Source: Alphaproteobacteria bacterium (lineage in GTDB: Bacteria; Pseudomonadota; Alphaproteobacteria; Rs-D84). Taken from it: DNA of 64,000 nucleotides. This document shows positions 55,931-64,000 of this stretch, in pieces. Location: NCBI GenBank assembly GCA_017451625.1, contig JAFTNY010000004.1:2877-66876 (forward strand), in the 5' to 3' direction. Within the stretch, counting starts at the first letter, position 1. Every line of letters starts with the position of its first letter. Under the pieces are notes generated by a model. It worked only from the letters and a program-made list of their open reading frames with translations, was not told the origin of the DNA and searched no databases. A program made the position numbers and the translations under genes.

Positions 55931-55953
55931 GTGGTTAGTGTAAGTGGTTAGTG
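55931..55953 (+). repeat. GTGGTTAGTG direct-repeat motif, locus 4
   Basis: gtggttagtgtaagtggttagtg, starting directly after the stop codon. Confidence 0.8.
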
Positions 55954-56197
55954 AATGCTGTATATCGAAAAAAACACTGGCCACTAAACTTTTTATCTGG
56001 GTATTTAATGTCTTGATTTTGTTGAAGAATAGGCGTAATATACTCAGTATGAATTTGTTTATGATTTTCTTTGCAACAACAACTACTACAACCCCGTTGG
56101 GGGTGTAATTTCTGTATTGCGGTAGGCCGCACAAATTTCTTATAATCAAACAAATCAAATTAATCTGAATAATTAACAGGAAAAAAGGCATAGTATT

Positions 56198-57931
56198 ATG
56201 GCATATGATATTGAATTAATGCGTCATTCGTTGGCACACGTTATGGCGGCGGCAGTGAAAAAATTACACCCAGATGTTAAATTCGCGGGTGGGCCGGCAA
56301 TCGAAAATGGGTTCTATTACGATTTTGATACAGATTATCGTTTTTCAGAAGATGACTTTGCAAAAATTGAAAAGGAAATGCGCGATCTGATTAAATCAAA
56401 TGGACGTTTCGAACAGAAAATTGTCAGTTTAGATGAAGCAAAAGAAATCTTTGCAGACCAGCCATATAAAATGGAATGGTTGAACGAATATGATGCGGCA
56501 GGGGAAAAACTGTCGATTTATGCGTTTCGTGATTTTGTGGATTTGTGTCGTGGGCCACATGTGGAAAGTTCCAAGGATTTGCCACGCGATTCTTTTAAAA
56601 TCCGTAGTGTTGCCGGTGCGTACTGGAAGGGGGATTCCAAAAATAAAATGTTGCAGCGCATTTATGTTGATGCGTTTGCGTCAAAGGAAGAATTGGATGC
56701 GTTCTTGAAAATGCAGGAAGAGGCCGCTGCGCGTGATAACCGCAAATTGGGTAAAGATATGGATTTGTTCCACTTTGAACCAGAATATGCCCCAGGGTCG
56801 GTGTTCTGGCATGACAAAGGGTACAAGATGTATCGTCGCCTGATTGAATATGTGCGTGCACGTCAGGAACGGGCGGGGTATCAGGAAATTTCAACGCCTG
56901 CCGTTATGGACAGATGTCTGTGGGAACGCAGTGGACACTGGGCAAAGTATGGTGAACATAACTATTCCGGTAAAACACAAGATGGCAAAGTGTTCTGTAT
57001 CAAACCGATGTCGTGTCCAGGGGGGATGTTGGTGTTTGGACATGGGTTGCGTTCGTATAAAGATTTGCCGCTGTATATGGCAGAATTTGGCAAGGTTCAT
57101 CGCTATGAAGCAGCCGGTGGTTTGTCGGGATTGATGCGTGTGCGTGAATTTACACAGGACGATGCGCATATTTTCTGTACCGAAGAACAATTAGAAGAAG
57201 AAGTTGTTAAAATCTTGAAGTTTATCAAAGATATTTATGGCAAGTTTGGTTTTGATAAAATTTCTATGAAGTTGGCAACGCGTAAAGAATCAGAATTCCG
57301 AATCGGGTCAGATGAAATCTGGGACAAGGCCGAGGGGGCGTTAAAGGCCGCGTTGGATAAAAACGGTATCGAATATGAAATCGCCGAAGGGGATGCGGCG
57401 TTCTATGGGCCAAAGATTGATAACTATCTGAAAGATTCAATGGGACGCGTATGGCAGTGCGGTACGGTGCAGTTGGATATGAATCTGCCAGAAAGATTTG
57501 ATTTGTCATATGTTGGTGAAGATGGTGAAAAACATCGCCCAATTATGTTGCATCGTGCAATGCTGGGGTCGATTGAACGCTTTATGGGTGTGTTGCTGGA
57601 ATCAACCGGTGGAAATTTGCCATTGTGGTTAAGTCCAGAACCGGTTGTTGTAACGCCAATTTCGGAAAAGCATGCAGACTATGCAATGGAAGTTGTGGCG
57701 GCCCTGCGCGCGGCGGGTGTGAATACGCGTGCGGATTTGCGTGATGAAAAAGTTAACTATAAAATCCGCGAACTGTCGTTGGCCAAGACACCAATTATCG
57801 CCGTTGTTGGTGAAAAAGAAGCGGCTGATAAAATGGTGACTTTGCGTCGTTTGGGACAAGAAAAACAGGAAGTTATGTCAATGGACGATTTTGTCGCAAT
57901 GATGCAAGATGCAGTGAAAATGCCACTGTGA
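56198..57931 (+). CDS. thrS: threonine--tRNA ligase lacking the N-terminal TGS domain
   Basis: Starts at MAYDIELMRHSLAHVMAAA, the editing-domain HxxxH region. Class II core and anticodon-binding domain are present. Confidence 0.93.
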   Translation: MAYDIELMRHSLAHVMAAAVKKLHPDVKFAGGPAIENGFYYDFDTDYRFSEDDFAKIEKEMRDLIKSNGRFEQKIVSLDEAKEIFADQPYKMEWLNEYDAAGEKLSIYAFRDFVDLCRGPHVESSKDLPRDSFKIRSVAGAYWKGDSKNKMLQRIYVDAFASKEELDAFLKMQEEAAARDNRKLGKDMDLFHFEPEYAPGSVFWHDKGYKMYRRLIEYVRARQERAGYQEISTPAVMDRCLWERSGHWAKYGEHNYSGKTQDGKVFCIKPMSCPGGMLVFGHGLRSYKDLPLYMAEFGKVHRYEAAGGLSGLMRVREFTQDDAHIFCTEEQLEEEVVKILKFIKDIYGKFGFDKISMKLATRKESEFRIGSDEIWDKAEGALKAALDKNGIEYEIAEGDAAFYGPKIDNYLKDSMGRVWQCGTVQLDMNLPERFDLSYVGEDGEKHRPIMLHRAMLGSIERFMGVLLESTGGNLPLWLSPEPVVVTPISEKHADYAMEVVAALRAAGVNTRADLRDEKVNYKIRELSLAKTPIIAVVGEKEAADKMVTLRRLGQEKQEVMSMDDFVAMMQDAVKMPL

Positions 57932-57979
57932 TATGGTGGGGTGGGTGTCCACCCCGCATAATTTAAGAAAGGATAAAAG

Positions 57980-58123
57980 ATGAAAAAAGTTTTGTTGGTG
58001 TGTGTGATGGTTTCAATGCCGATGATTGTTGCAGGGTGCGCAAAAAAGTGCGAGGTAGAGCCAATCGTCGAAGAAAATCACAAATTGATTGTGCCACCAA
58101 ATTTTGGGCAAATGCCAAAATAA
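57980..58123 (+). CDS. 47-aa predicted lipoprotein (not in the ORF track)
   Basis: MKKVLLVCVMVSMPMIVAGC with a lipobox, an AAGGA Shine-Dalgarno sequence upstream, and the tail LIVPPNFGQMPK. Confidence 0.45.
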   Translation: MKKVLLVCVMVSMPMIVAGCAKKCEVEPIVEENHKLIVPPNFGQMPK

Positions 58124-58131
58124 AATTTTAT

Positions 58132-58161
58132 GCCAAAGGCGTTTGGTCTTTGGCGTTTTTT
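58132..58161 (+). terminator. intrinsic terminator
   Basis: GCCAAAG-GCGTTTGGT-CTTTGGC hairpin followed by GTTTTTT. Confidence 0.65.
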
Positions 58162-58201
58162 ATGATATAATGTCCATAACAAAATATGGGGGGATTTTAT
58201 C

Positions 58202-59026
58202 ATGAATGATGATAATAACTTGGATTTATTAGACTTGGACGATAATGGTTCAATGGACACGTTGCCAGATGCAACACCGTTTGCCAGCCCACGCCCAAAG
58301 AAACCATGGCTGTTGTTGACGGTCGGTTTGGTGGTTATTGTGTTGGCGACATATATTATCATTCGTGCGATTGGCGATGAATCTTCGTCATCGATAGAGG
58401 TGGATTTAGATGCGCCAGTGGCGGTTGTTGATAATGCAGGTGTGCCGGTTGATATGAATGTGATGCCACCTGTGCAGCCGGTTCAGGCGATGCCACAACC
58501 GGTTGTGCAACCGCAACCTGTGCCTGTGGCACCACAGCCAGTGGCCCAGCCACAACCAAAACCACAACCGGTGGCCGCGCCACAGCCGGTACAGCCAACG
58601 GCGGGTGTGCCAGTGCGTGTTGTTGAAGAACGCAAAGAAGTTAAGTTTAATCCAGCCGCAGAATCCAAGCCCGCAGCCAAGCCAAAGCCAGTTGCAGCAC
58701 CGGTCAAGGCACCAGCGGCAAAGCCGGCAGCCAAATCTGTGGCAAAACCAGCGGTGAAAACCCCTGTGGCCAAGCCCGCGGCAGGATCGTGGTATGTACA
58801 GTTCGGTTCGTACAGCACGCGTGCGTTGGCGGAAAATGCACAGCGTCAGATTCGTAATGCACACAAGAGTTTGTTTGATGGTCAGCAGTTTGTTATCTTG
58901 GCGGCGCAACTGAAGGATGGGAAAACAACATACAGATTGCGTGTTGCGTTCAAGACATCGTCAGATGCAAATGGGTTCTGTCGCAATGCCAAGTCTGATG
59001 GACTGGATTGCTATGTCGCGAAATAA
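58202..59026 (+). CDS. SPOR domain protein with Pro-rich linker
   Basis: One TM segment, PQPV-type repeats and a C-terminal SPOR domain: GSWYVQFGSYSTRALAENAQ...YRLRVAFKTSSDANGFC. Confidence 0.8.
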   Translation: MNDDNNLDLLDLDDNGSMDTLPDATPFASPRPKKPWLLLTVGLVVIVLATYIIIRAIGDESSSSIEVDLDAPVAVVDNAGVPVDMNVMPPVQPVQAMPQPVVQPQPVPVAPQPVAQPQPKPQPVAAPQPVQPTAGVPVRVVEERKEVKFNPAAESKPAAKPKPVAAPVKAPAAKPAAKSVAKPAVKTPVAKPAAGSWYVQFGSYSTRALAENAQRQIRNAHKSLFDGQQFVILAAQLKDGKTTYRLRVAFKTSSDANGFCRNAKSDGLDCYVAK

Positions 59027-59050
59027 TAATATATAAACAGAGGTTGGAAA

Positions 59051-59296
59051 ATGTTTGGTCGTTTAGGTTGGGCAGAAATTTTGGTTATTGTCGTGTTGGT
59101 GGTTATCTTGTTTGGTTCAAACAAGATTCCGGCGATGATGAAAAATTTGGCGGACGGTTTGAATGTCTTTAAAAAAGAAATGAAGGATTCGCCCAAGGGA
59201 AAATCAGAAGCAAAGCCAGTGGCGGCACCTGCGGTAAAGAAAACAGCGGGCGTGAAGAAGAAAGCCACGCCGAAAAAAGTTGTGAAAAAGAAATAA
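59051..59296 (+). CDS. tatA: twin-arginine translocase subunit TatA
   Basis: MFGRLGWAEILVIVVLVVILFGSNKIPAMMKNLADG. Confidence 0.9.
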   Translation: MFGRLGWAEILVIVVLVVILFGSNKIPAMMKNLADGLNVFKKEMKDSPKGKSEAKPVAAPAVKKTAGVKKKATPKKVVKKK

Positions 59297-59300
59297 AAAA

Positions 59301-59322
59301 TCCCCCGATTGGGGGATTTTTT
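59301..59322 (+). terminator. intrinsic terminator after tatA
   Basis: TCCCCC-GATT-GGGGGA hairpin followed by TTTTTT. Confidence 0.8.
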
Positions 59323-59326
59323 ATTA

Positions 59327-59360
59327 GTGGTTAGTGTAAGTGGCTAGTGGTTAGTGGTGG
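59327..59360 (+). repeat. GTGGTTAGTG direct-repeat motif, locus 5
   Basis: gtggttagtgtaagtggctagtggttagtggtgg. Confidence 0.8.
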
Positions 59361-59373
59361 AATACACTTATTC

Positions 59374-59541
59374 GTCATACCGGCGCAGGCCGGTATCCAT
59401 TGTTTTTATGTATTCATCGTTCTTGGTATTCAAGTGCAAGAAGTACAGCGAACGCAATGGATCCCCGCCTGCGCGGGGATGACGACGGTGTTTAGGTTTT
59501 TATCTCTTAAACATCGTCATAGTGTCCTGCGCGGGGATGAC
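59374..59541. repeat. three GTCAT-hairpin-ATCCA units (59374-59399, 59458-59483 inverted, 59516-59541 degenerate)
   Basis: gtcataccggcgcaggccggtatcca, tggatccccgcctgcgcggggatgac and gtcatagtgtcctgcgcggggatgac. Confidence 0.75.
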
Positions 59542-59702
59542 GGAGTTTATATACTAAAATCACACTTGCAAAAATGGGGCGAATGTGGCAGAATATATGG
59601 CGTACAGAAGAAAAATAACTGCCGAATCTAATGGGACGATTGTCCTCGGCATCAATTCCCAAATTTTAATCCCAGATTTCTGCATTTTTATCTCCCACTT
59701 TT

Positions 59703-60329
59703 ATGCTGAATCTAAACGTCGGTTTGGTGTCGGCGGTGTTGTTGTTTTGTACGACAAATGCGTATGCGAACTTTAATGATCCTGATCAATTGTGCCCATA
59801 TTTAGAGGTTGAAGATATTACGGGTTCGGGTTATCGATTTTTTTCAGATGATTGTCATGTCGATTCAGATGCCTGTATGCAATACGAAAGTTTAGTGCAC
59901 GATGGTGGTACCACGTATTGTGGTGATTCTGTAATACAGGAAGAATTATGGACAATTCGGTGGGTCGGTGATGGACAGGTTTCTGTTACCAGTTGTACGT
60001 TGTATCTGGAAGATACAGATTATTCTTGTGCGCCGGGGTATTATGGCACCGCCACAGGATGTGATACGGGGTGTACTGCATGTCCCAGTAATGCCACATG
60101 TTCTGGTGGAAATTATTCGACGTTTGTGTGTAATGGTGGCTATTATAAATCTGGGTCCAGTTGTGTAAGATGTCCACAACACAGCGCGTCTGGTAATTAT
60201 GGTTCATCAAGTTCGGGGGCAATATCAAATACCAGTTGCTATATTGGTGCAGGAACAACGTGGACTTTTAATGATACCAAGGGTAGTGGCAGCGAGAAGT
60301 TTCCATCTACATGTTATTACAGTAATTAA
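59703..60329 (+). CDS. secreted cysteine-rich protein with tandem C-x-GYY...C-x2-CP modules and a CYYS C-terminus
   Basis: 208 aa. Signal peptide ...TTNAYA-NF. CAPGYYGTATGCDTGCTACP and CNGGYYKSGSSCVRCP, ending in STCYYSN. Confidence 0.6.
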   Translation: MLNLNVGLVSAVLLFCTTNAYANFNDPDQLCPYLEVEDITGSGYRFFSDDCHVDSDACMQYESLVHDGGTTYCGDSVIQEELWTIRWVGDGQVSVTSCTLYLEDTDYSCAPGYYGTATGCDTGCTACPSNATCSGGNYSTFVCNGGYYKSGSSCVRCPQHSASGNYGSSSSGAISNTSCYIGAGTTWTFNDTKGSGSEKFPSTCYYSN

Positions 60330-60333
60330 AGAA

Positions 60334-60353
60334 AATCCCGCGTTTGCGGGATT
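60334..60353. terminator. bidirectional intrinsic terminator
   Basis: AATCCCGC-GTTT-GCGGGATT flanked by A- and T-runs, between convergent genes. Confidence 0.7.
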
Positions 60354-60357
60354 ATTT

Positions 60358-60822
60358 TTATTGATGTCTTTTCCGGAATTCGTCCAGTGATACAACGCGC
60401 CCTGGGTCGGGGACGGTGTCCGGTTTTTCTTCGAGTGGTAATTCCATATCGTTGTCCGCGGCGGCAGGCTGCATCTTGGGATGAAATGACAGCATAAAAT
60501 CGACCGATGGATCTTTGAATTCAACCAATGCAGAAAATGGAACGCGGATGAAAAATGGACGGCCGTCAAATGTCAGTTGAACACCGAATTCTTTGTCGGA
60601 AACATGCAGGTTGTTGTATGAATACTGTAAAACAATTGTCATAACGTCAGGATAACGAATGCGTAAAAAGTCGGGCAAGACAACACCAGCGTCGCGTGTG
60701 CGAAATGTGATGAAAAAGTGTGTGCCATCGCCCAGTCCGTTAAATTGTGCGTGAATCAATGCGTCTTTGACAACGGATTTTAGTGCATTGTCCAATAGTG
60801 TTTGATAATCAATACGTGCCAT
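60358..60822 (-). CDS. sspB: ClpXP adaptor SspB (alphaproteobacterial type)
   Basis: HFFITFRTRDAGVVLPDFLRIRYPDVMTIVLQYSY...VPFSALVEFKDPSVDF closely matches the Caulobacter SspB-alpha pattern. Confidence 0.8.
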   Translation of the reverse strand: MARIDYQTLLDNALKSVVKDALIHAQFNGLGDGTHFFITFRTRDAGVVLPDFLRIRYPDVMTIVLQYSYNNLHVSDKEFGVQLTFDGRPFFIRVPFSALVEFKDPSVDFMLSFHPKMQPAAADNDMELPLEEKPDTVPDPGRVVSLDEFRKRHQ

Positions 60823-60826
60823 GTTT

Positions 60827-61906
60827 TTACCCCGCGAATACTATATTACTTATTTGCCCGTCGTGGCAAGCGACAAATGTCGCGTCGGGGACATTTTTAA
60901 AAATTTCTGGGTCCAGTCCAGTTGCCCAAACCTGTGCGTTTGCCATGCCCAGTTCATTGAATAATTTTTCGCGTGCGGTGGTATCCAGATGGGCGGCGGC
61001 TTCGTCTAGTAATATCAATGGGCGGCGGCCGGTTTTGGTGTGAACCAGTTTTGCATGCGCCAAGATTAAATCAATTAAAATTGTTTTTTGTTGTCCTGTG
61101 CTGGTCAGATGTGCCGGCAGGTTTAATTCTTTGTTAAATACGCCAAAGTCGGATTTGTGTGGTCCATCCAGTATCATTTTATCGCCAACCAAGGTGCGAT
61201 TTGCGCGCAGATATTCCAGATATTCGCGTTCAACCAATCCAGCAGGCGTGCCAGATATTAACATCTGTTCCAGTTTGCCGGATACAGAAACAGCACAGCG
61301 CGCCAAGAAAAAGTTTAATTCGCCGGCGTACTGGATGCGTGCTGCGGCGATTGCGACGGCGATGCCTGCAATTTGTGTGTCCAGTGCATCCAGCCAATGT
61401 GTGTCGGCACCTGTTTTTAGTGCGTATGCCCGTTCGGTCATTAGTTTGCCAAGGCGCGCAGTACGGCCGGCGTGGGTGGTGTCAAAACTGGTGGCCAGAC
61501 GATCAAAGAATGCGCGACGGTCGGATGCGCCTTCGACAAATAAGCGGTCTTCGCGTGGGGTCAGCCATATTATACGCAGGTGTTTTGCCAAGTCTGATAA
61601 TGGGGCGGTGTCGCCGTCAATCTTGGCACGACGATTTGTGTCGCCGCCGGTAAAGTGAATTGCGATTTCTGTTTCGTCGTTCAGGTTTGCACAAACCGCA
61701 AAACCACCGTTGCCGCCAAAGCGTGCAATGTCGGGCATTGATGCACCACGCATGCCGCGTTCACCAGATAACATCGATACGGCTTCGAGGATGGCGGTTT
61801 TCCCTGCGCCATTTGGGCCAGTGATGATAATATTCCGATGGCCGCCGGTGGTTATTCGGCACATAATGTGATTGCGAAAATCGGTTAGGTTTAATGTTTC
61901 AATCAT
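60827..61906 (-). CDS. recF: DNA replication and repair protein RecF
   Basis: MIETLNLTDFRNH...ITGPNGAGKTAILEA and LLDEAAAHLD. The track ORF was trimmed because its 5' extension runs through the tRNA-Cys gene. Confidence 0.9.
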   Translation of the reverse strand: MIETLNLTDFRNHIMCRITTGGHRNIIITGPNGAGKTAILEAVSMLSGERGMRGASMPDIARFGGNGGFAVCANLNDETEIAIHFTGGDTNRRAKIDGDTAPLSDLAKHLRIIWLTPREDRLFVEGASDRRAFFDRLATSFDTTHAGRTARLGKLMTERAYALKTGADTHWLDALDTQIAGIAVAIAAARIQYAGELNFFLARCAVSVSGKLEQMLISGTPAGLVEREYLEYLRANRTLVGDKMILDGPHKSDFGVFNKELNLPAHLTSTGQQKTILIDLILAHAKLVHTKTGRRPLILLDEAAAHLDTTAREKLFNELGMANAQVWATGLDPEIFKNVPDATFVACHDGQISNIVFAG

Positions 61907-61940
61907 ATGGGGTAGGGTACAAAAATATATCGCCCATACC

Positions 61941-61967
61941 AAATAAAAAATCACCCAAAAAGGGTGC
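61941..61967 (-). terminator. intrinsic terminator after tRNA-Cys
   Basis: On the minus strand, a CACCC-TTTTT-GGGTG hairpin is followed by ATTTTTTATTT. Confidence 0.5.
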
Positions 61968-61978
61968 TTTTTTATTCG

Positions 61979-62052
61979 TGGAGGCCTGGGTCGGAATCGA
62001 ACCGGCATCCAAGGATTTGCAGTCCTCTGCATAACCACTCTGCCACCAGGCC
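61979..62052 (-). tRNA. tRNA-Cys (anticodon GCA), CCA encoded
   Basis: The reverse complement is GGCCTGGTGGCAGAGTGGTTATGCAGAGGACTGCAAATCCTTGGATGCCGGTTCGATTCCGACCCAGGCCTCCA. It folds with a 7-bp acceptor stem, anticodon loop CTGCAAA and T-loop TTCGATT. There is one C-A mismatch in the T stem. Confidence 0.88.
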
Positions 62053-62144
62053 TGAACTTTGTGAATGCATCTTACGCAAAAATAAATTGTAATTCAACAG
62101 AAAAATAGTATCATTTAAAATAAAGTTTTAGAGAGAGAATTTTA

Positions 62145-63482
62145 ATGAAAAAATTATTGTTTCTGTTGATGGGGAGTGTGCCATTTGCGGCGGGGGCTGC
62201 GGTGGATGACTGTATGACGCGGACAACGGTGCCAGATGGACGATTGAACCTGCCACAGGTAATTGATCTGGGGTTGTGTCGGAATCCACAGACCGCGGCA
62301 TCTTATATGGCGTACGAATCGTCGCGTTTAAGCAAAAATGCAAATTATGCAAATTATTTGCCCAGTGTTAATGCGTCTGCGTCGGCATCTTTGCCATACA
62401 GAAATGAGGCATGGGGGGATTGGTCGTATGGGGCATCGCTGTCGGCGTCGTATTTGATTTTTGACTTTGGCAAGCGGTTGTCCGATTTAAATCAGGCGGC
62501 GGCATCGTGGCGTGCGGCGGGGTTTGACTATGATGAAACCGTTCAGAATTATATTTATGGTGTTATTGGGGCGTATTATGCGTTGCTGAATGCGGATGCA
62601 GACGTTGTGTCGGCACAAAGTTTGCTGACGGTGGCGCAGACGGCGCGTGATACCGCACAGAAAAAATTTAAAGCAGGGGCGGTGGCCAAGGCGGACGTTT
62701 TGAAGGCGGATACAACATTGGCCAGTCGCGAATTGGATCTGGAACGTGCAAAAAATAATCGTGAAATTGCCAAGGGAACACTGCTGAATAAATTGTCTTT
62801 CCCAGCAGATCAAGATATTGAAATTGCAGATATGCCATCGGATTTTGGAACGCCACAGGAAACAAAGTCTTTGGATGAATTGTTTGCGCAGGCACAGAAG
62901 ACACGTCCTGATTTGTTGCGTGCAACGGCAAATAAGGATGCGGCGTGGCATCGCAGAAATAGTACGTTTTTAAGTAATTTGCCGTCCATATCGGCATCGG
63001 GCAGTTTGCAATGGAGTGATACCCCATCCGAATCGTTTAATGCAGGGACAGATAATGTCAGTGCCAGTATTGGTATTAGGGCATCAATGCCGTTGTTTGC
63101 GGGGTTTGCAAATTTGTATAATGCACGTGCGGCCCAAGTGAATTATGAACGTGCGCTGGAACAGGAACGGGCGGCGGCCGATAATGCATCGTTGGATGTT
63201 TTTGCAGCATATCAAAACTATAAAACGGCGCAGACTGTGTTAAAGCAGACGGGGGCGTTGTTGGCATCTGCAACAGAAAGTGAACGTGTGACGGCCGGTA
63301 TGTACAAGGTTGGACGTGCAACAATGCTGGATTGGCAGACGGCGCAGTCGGAACTGGTGTCTGCGCAAAAACAGAATAATGCAGCAAAGTATGACCTGTT
63401 TACAAAACGTGCAGCTGTTGCATTGGCGGTGGGTGAAATCAAAGCGGAATTAGAGGGAGAGAACACAAATGAAGAAAAATAA
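62145..63482 (+). CDS. TolC family outer-membrane efflux protein
   Basis: Signal peptide and two repeated coiled-coil/beta halves. LSDLNQAAASWRAAGFDYDE and the YNARAAQVNYERAL pattern. Confidence 0.85.
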   Translation: MKKLLFLLMGSVPFAAGAAVDDCMTRTTVPDGRLNLPQVIDLGLCRNPQTAASYMAYESSRLSKNANYANYLPSVNASASASLPYRNEAWGDWSYGASLSASYLIFDFGKRLSDLNQAAASWRAAGFDYDETVQNYIYGVIGAYYALLNADADVVSAQSLLTVAQTARDTAQKKFKAGAVAKADVLKADTTLASRELDLERAKNNREIAKGTLLNKLSFPADQDIEIADMPSDFGTPQETKSLDELFAQAQKTRPDLLRATANKDAAWHRRNSTFLSNLPSISASGSLQWSDTPSESFNAGTDNVSASIGIRASMPLFAGFANLYNARAAQVNYERALEQERAAADNASLDVFAAYQNYKTAQTVLKQTGALLASATESERVTAGMYKVGRATMLDWQTAQSELVSAQKQNNAAKYDLFTKRAAVALAVGEIKAELEGENTNEEK

Positions 63483-64000
63483 AACAAATGTGAATTCTGT
63501 TGCAGGTGGTGCGGCGCGTCCGTCAATGGTGCGTCGTGTGTGGCGATTTGTGTGGCGCAGAAAGTGGTGGATTTTGTTGGGGGTGGCGGTACTGGTTGCG
63601 GTGCGTTTGATGTTTGGTGGCGCGGCATCGGAACGCGCGCAGTATGCAACGGTTAATATCACGCGTGGTGATCTGCGTCAGGTGGTTAGTGCCACAGGTG
63701 AAATTCAACCAGTCAATACGGTAAATGTTGGTTCACAGGTGTCTGGTACGATTGATAATTTGTATGTGGACTTTAATTCCAAGGTGAAAAAGGGTGATGT
63801 GTTGCTGACGATTGAACCGTCGGTGTTGCAGGCATCTGTGGACGAAGCCAAGGCATCTTTGGTCAGTGCAGAATCACAGCGTAATTATGCCAAGGCGGAA
63901 TATCAGCGAAACAAGACACTGTATAACGAAGGGTTTATTTCGCGTGCAGAAATGGAACAGTCCCAGACCGCATACGAACAGGCCGAACAATCTGTGAAAC
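63469..64000 (+). CDS. efflux transporter periplasmic adaptor (HlyD/MacA-like), 5' part, runs off the window
   Basis: Own translation: MKKNKTNV...WWILLGVAVLVAV (TM)...ATVNITRGDLRQVVSATGEIQPVNTVNVGSQVSGTIDNLYVDFNSKVKKGDVLLTIEP. It overlaps the TolC gene by 14 nt. Confidence 0.85.
   Translation, partial: MKKNKTNVNSVAGGAARPSMVRRVWRFVWRRKWWILLGVAVLVAVRLMFGGAASERAQYATVNITRGDLRQVVSATGEIQPVNTVNVGSQVSGTIDNLYVDFNSKVKKGDVLLTIEPSVLQASVDEAKASLVSAESQRNYAKAEYQRNKTLYNEGFISRAEMEQSQTAYEQAEQSVK

Noticed and set aside
59347-59631. A 94-aa ORF across the GTCAT-hairpin repeats (peptides IPAQAGIH and IPACAGMTT), and the 59585-59776 ORF.
   Set aside because: The peptides are translations of the hairpin repeats. 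There is no Shine-Dalgarno sequence, and the second ORF overlaps the start of the better-supported signal-peptide-bearing gene.
61907-62038. The 5' extension of the recF ORF (track 60827-62038).
   Set aside because: The extension runs through the tRNA-Cys gene and its terminator. The canonical RecF N-terminus (MIETLNLTDFRNH) starts at 61906.

Overview
This is a 64-kb chromosomal window from a Gram-negative bacterium. The gene content suggests an alphaproteobacterium: MucR/Ros, alpha-type SspB, AddB, an RHH_4-like protein, DUF721, a ybeY-lnt neighbourhood and a C-terminal J-domain protein. The sequence looks moderately AT-rich by eye.

About 60 protein genes are present, mostly housekeeping:
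- DNA repair and recombination: addB, ruvA, ruvC, recA, mutL, recF, rarA, xerD, ftsK.
- Translation: mnmE, typA, serS, thrS, gltX, trmB, tRNA-Cys.
- Secretion and envelope: secB, yajC-secD-secF, tatA, an LptF/G permease, mltA, lnt, TolC plus a membrane-fusion protein, two paralogous beta-barrel OMPs, a SPOR protein, PAP2, and an S41 homolog.

Accessory and unusual content:
1. A six-gene glycosyltransferase/Stealth/RgpF polysaccharide island lies between recA and typA, with rfbCD elsewhere in the window.
2. Three interspersed repeat families occur. The first is a ~110-bp palindromic MITE/REP-like element at five gene 3' ends, with a conserved loop on covarying stems. The second is a strand-constant GTGGTTAGTG direct-repeat motif next to terminators. 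The third is a set of GTCAT...ATCCAG hairpin units.
3. A small GIY-YIG nuclease gene is bracketed by two direct copies of a composite hairpin-repeat block.
4. There is a family of small cysteine-rich secreted proteins that share a C-terminal module ending in CYYS.
5. A tightly packed four-gene minus-strand operon encodes a membrane-anchored Pro/Thr-rich protein, a colicin-DNase-like H-N-H remnant, a SUKH/SMI1-like protein and an RHH protein. This is my best candidate for an undescribed conflict or defence-like module.
6. Several orphan genes are present, plus an in-frame ybeY-lnt fusion.

I recognised no rRNA, CRISPR array, transposase or prophage genes. All functional calls come from motif and pattern recognition by eye. 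No database search or computation was run.
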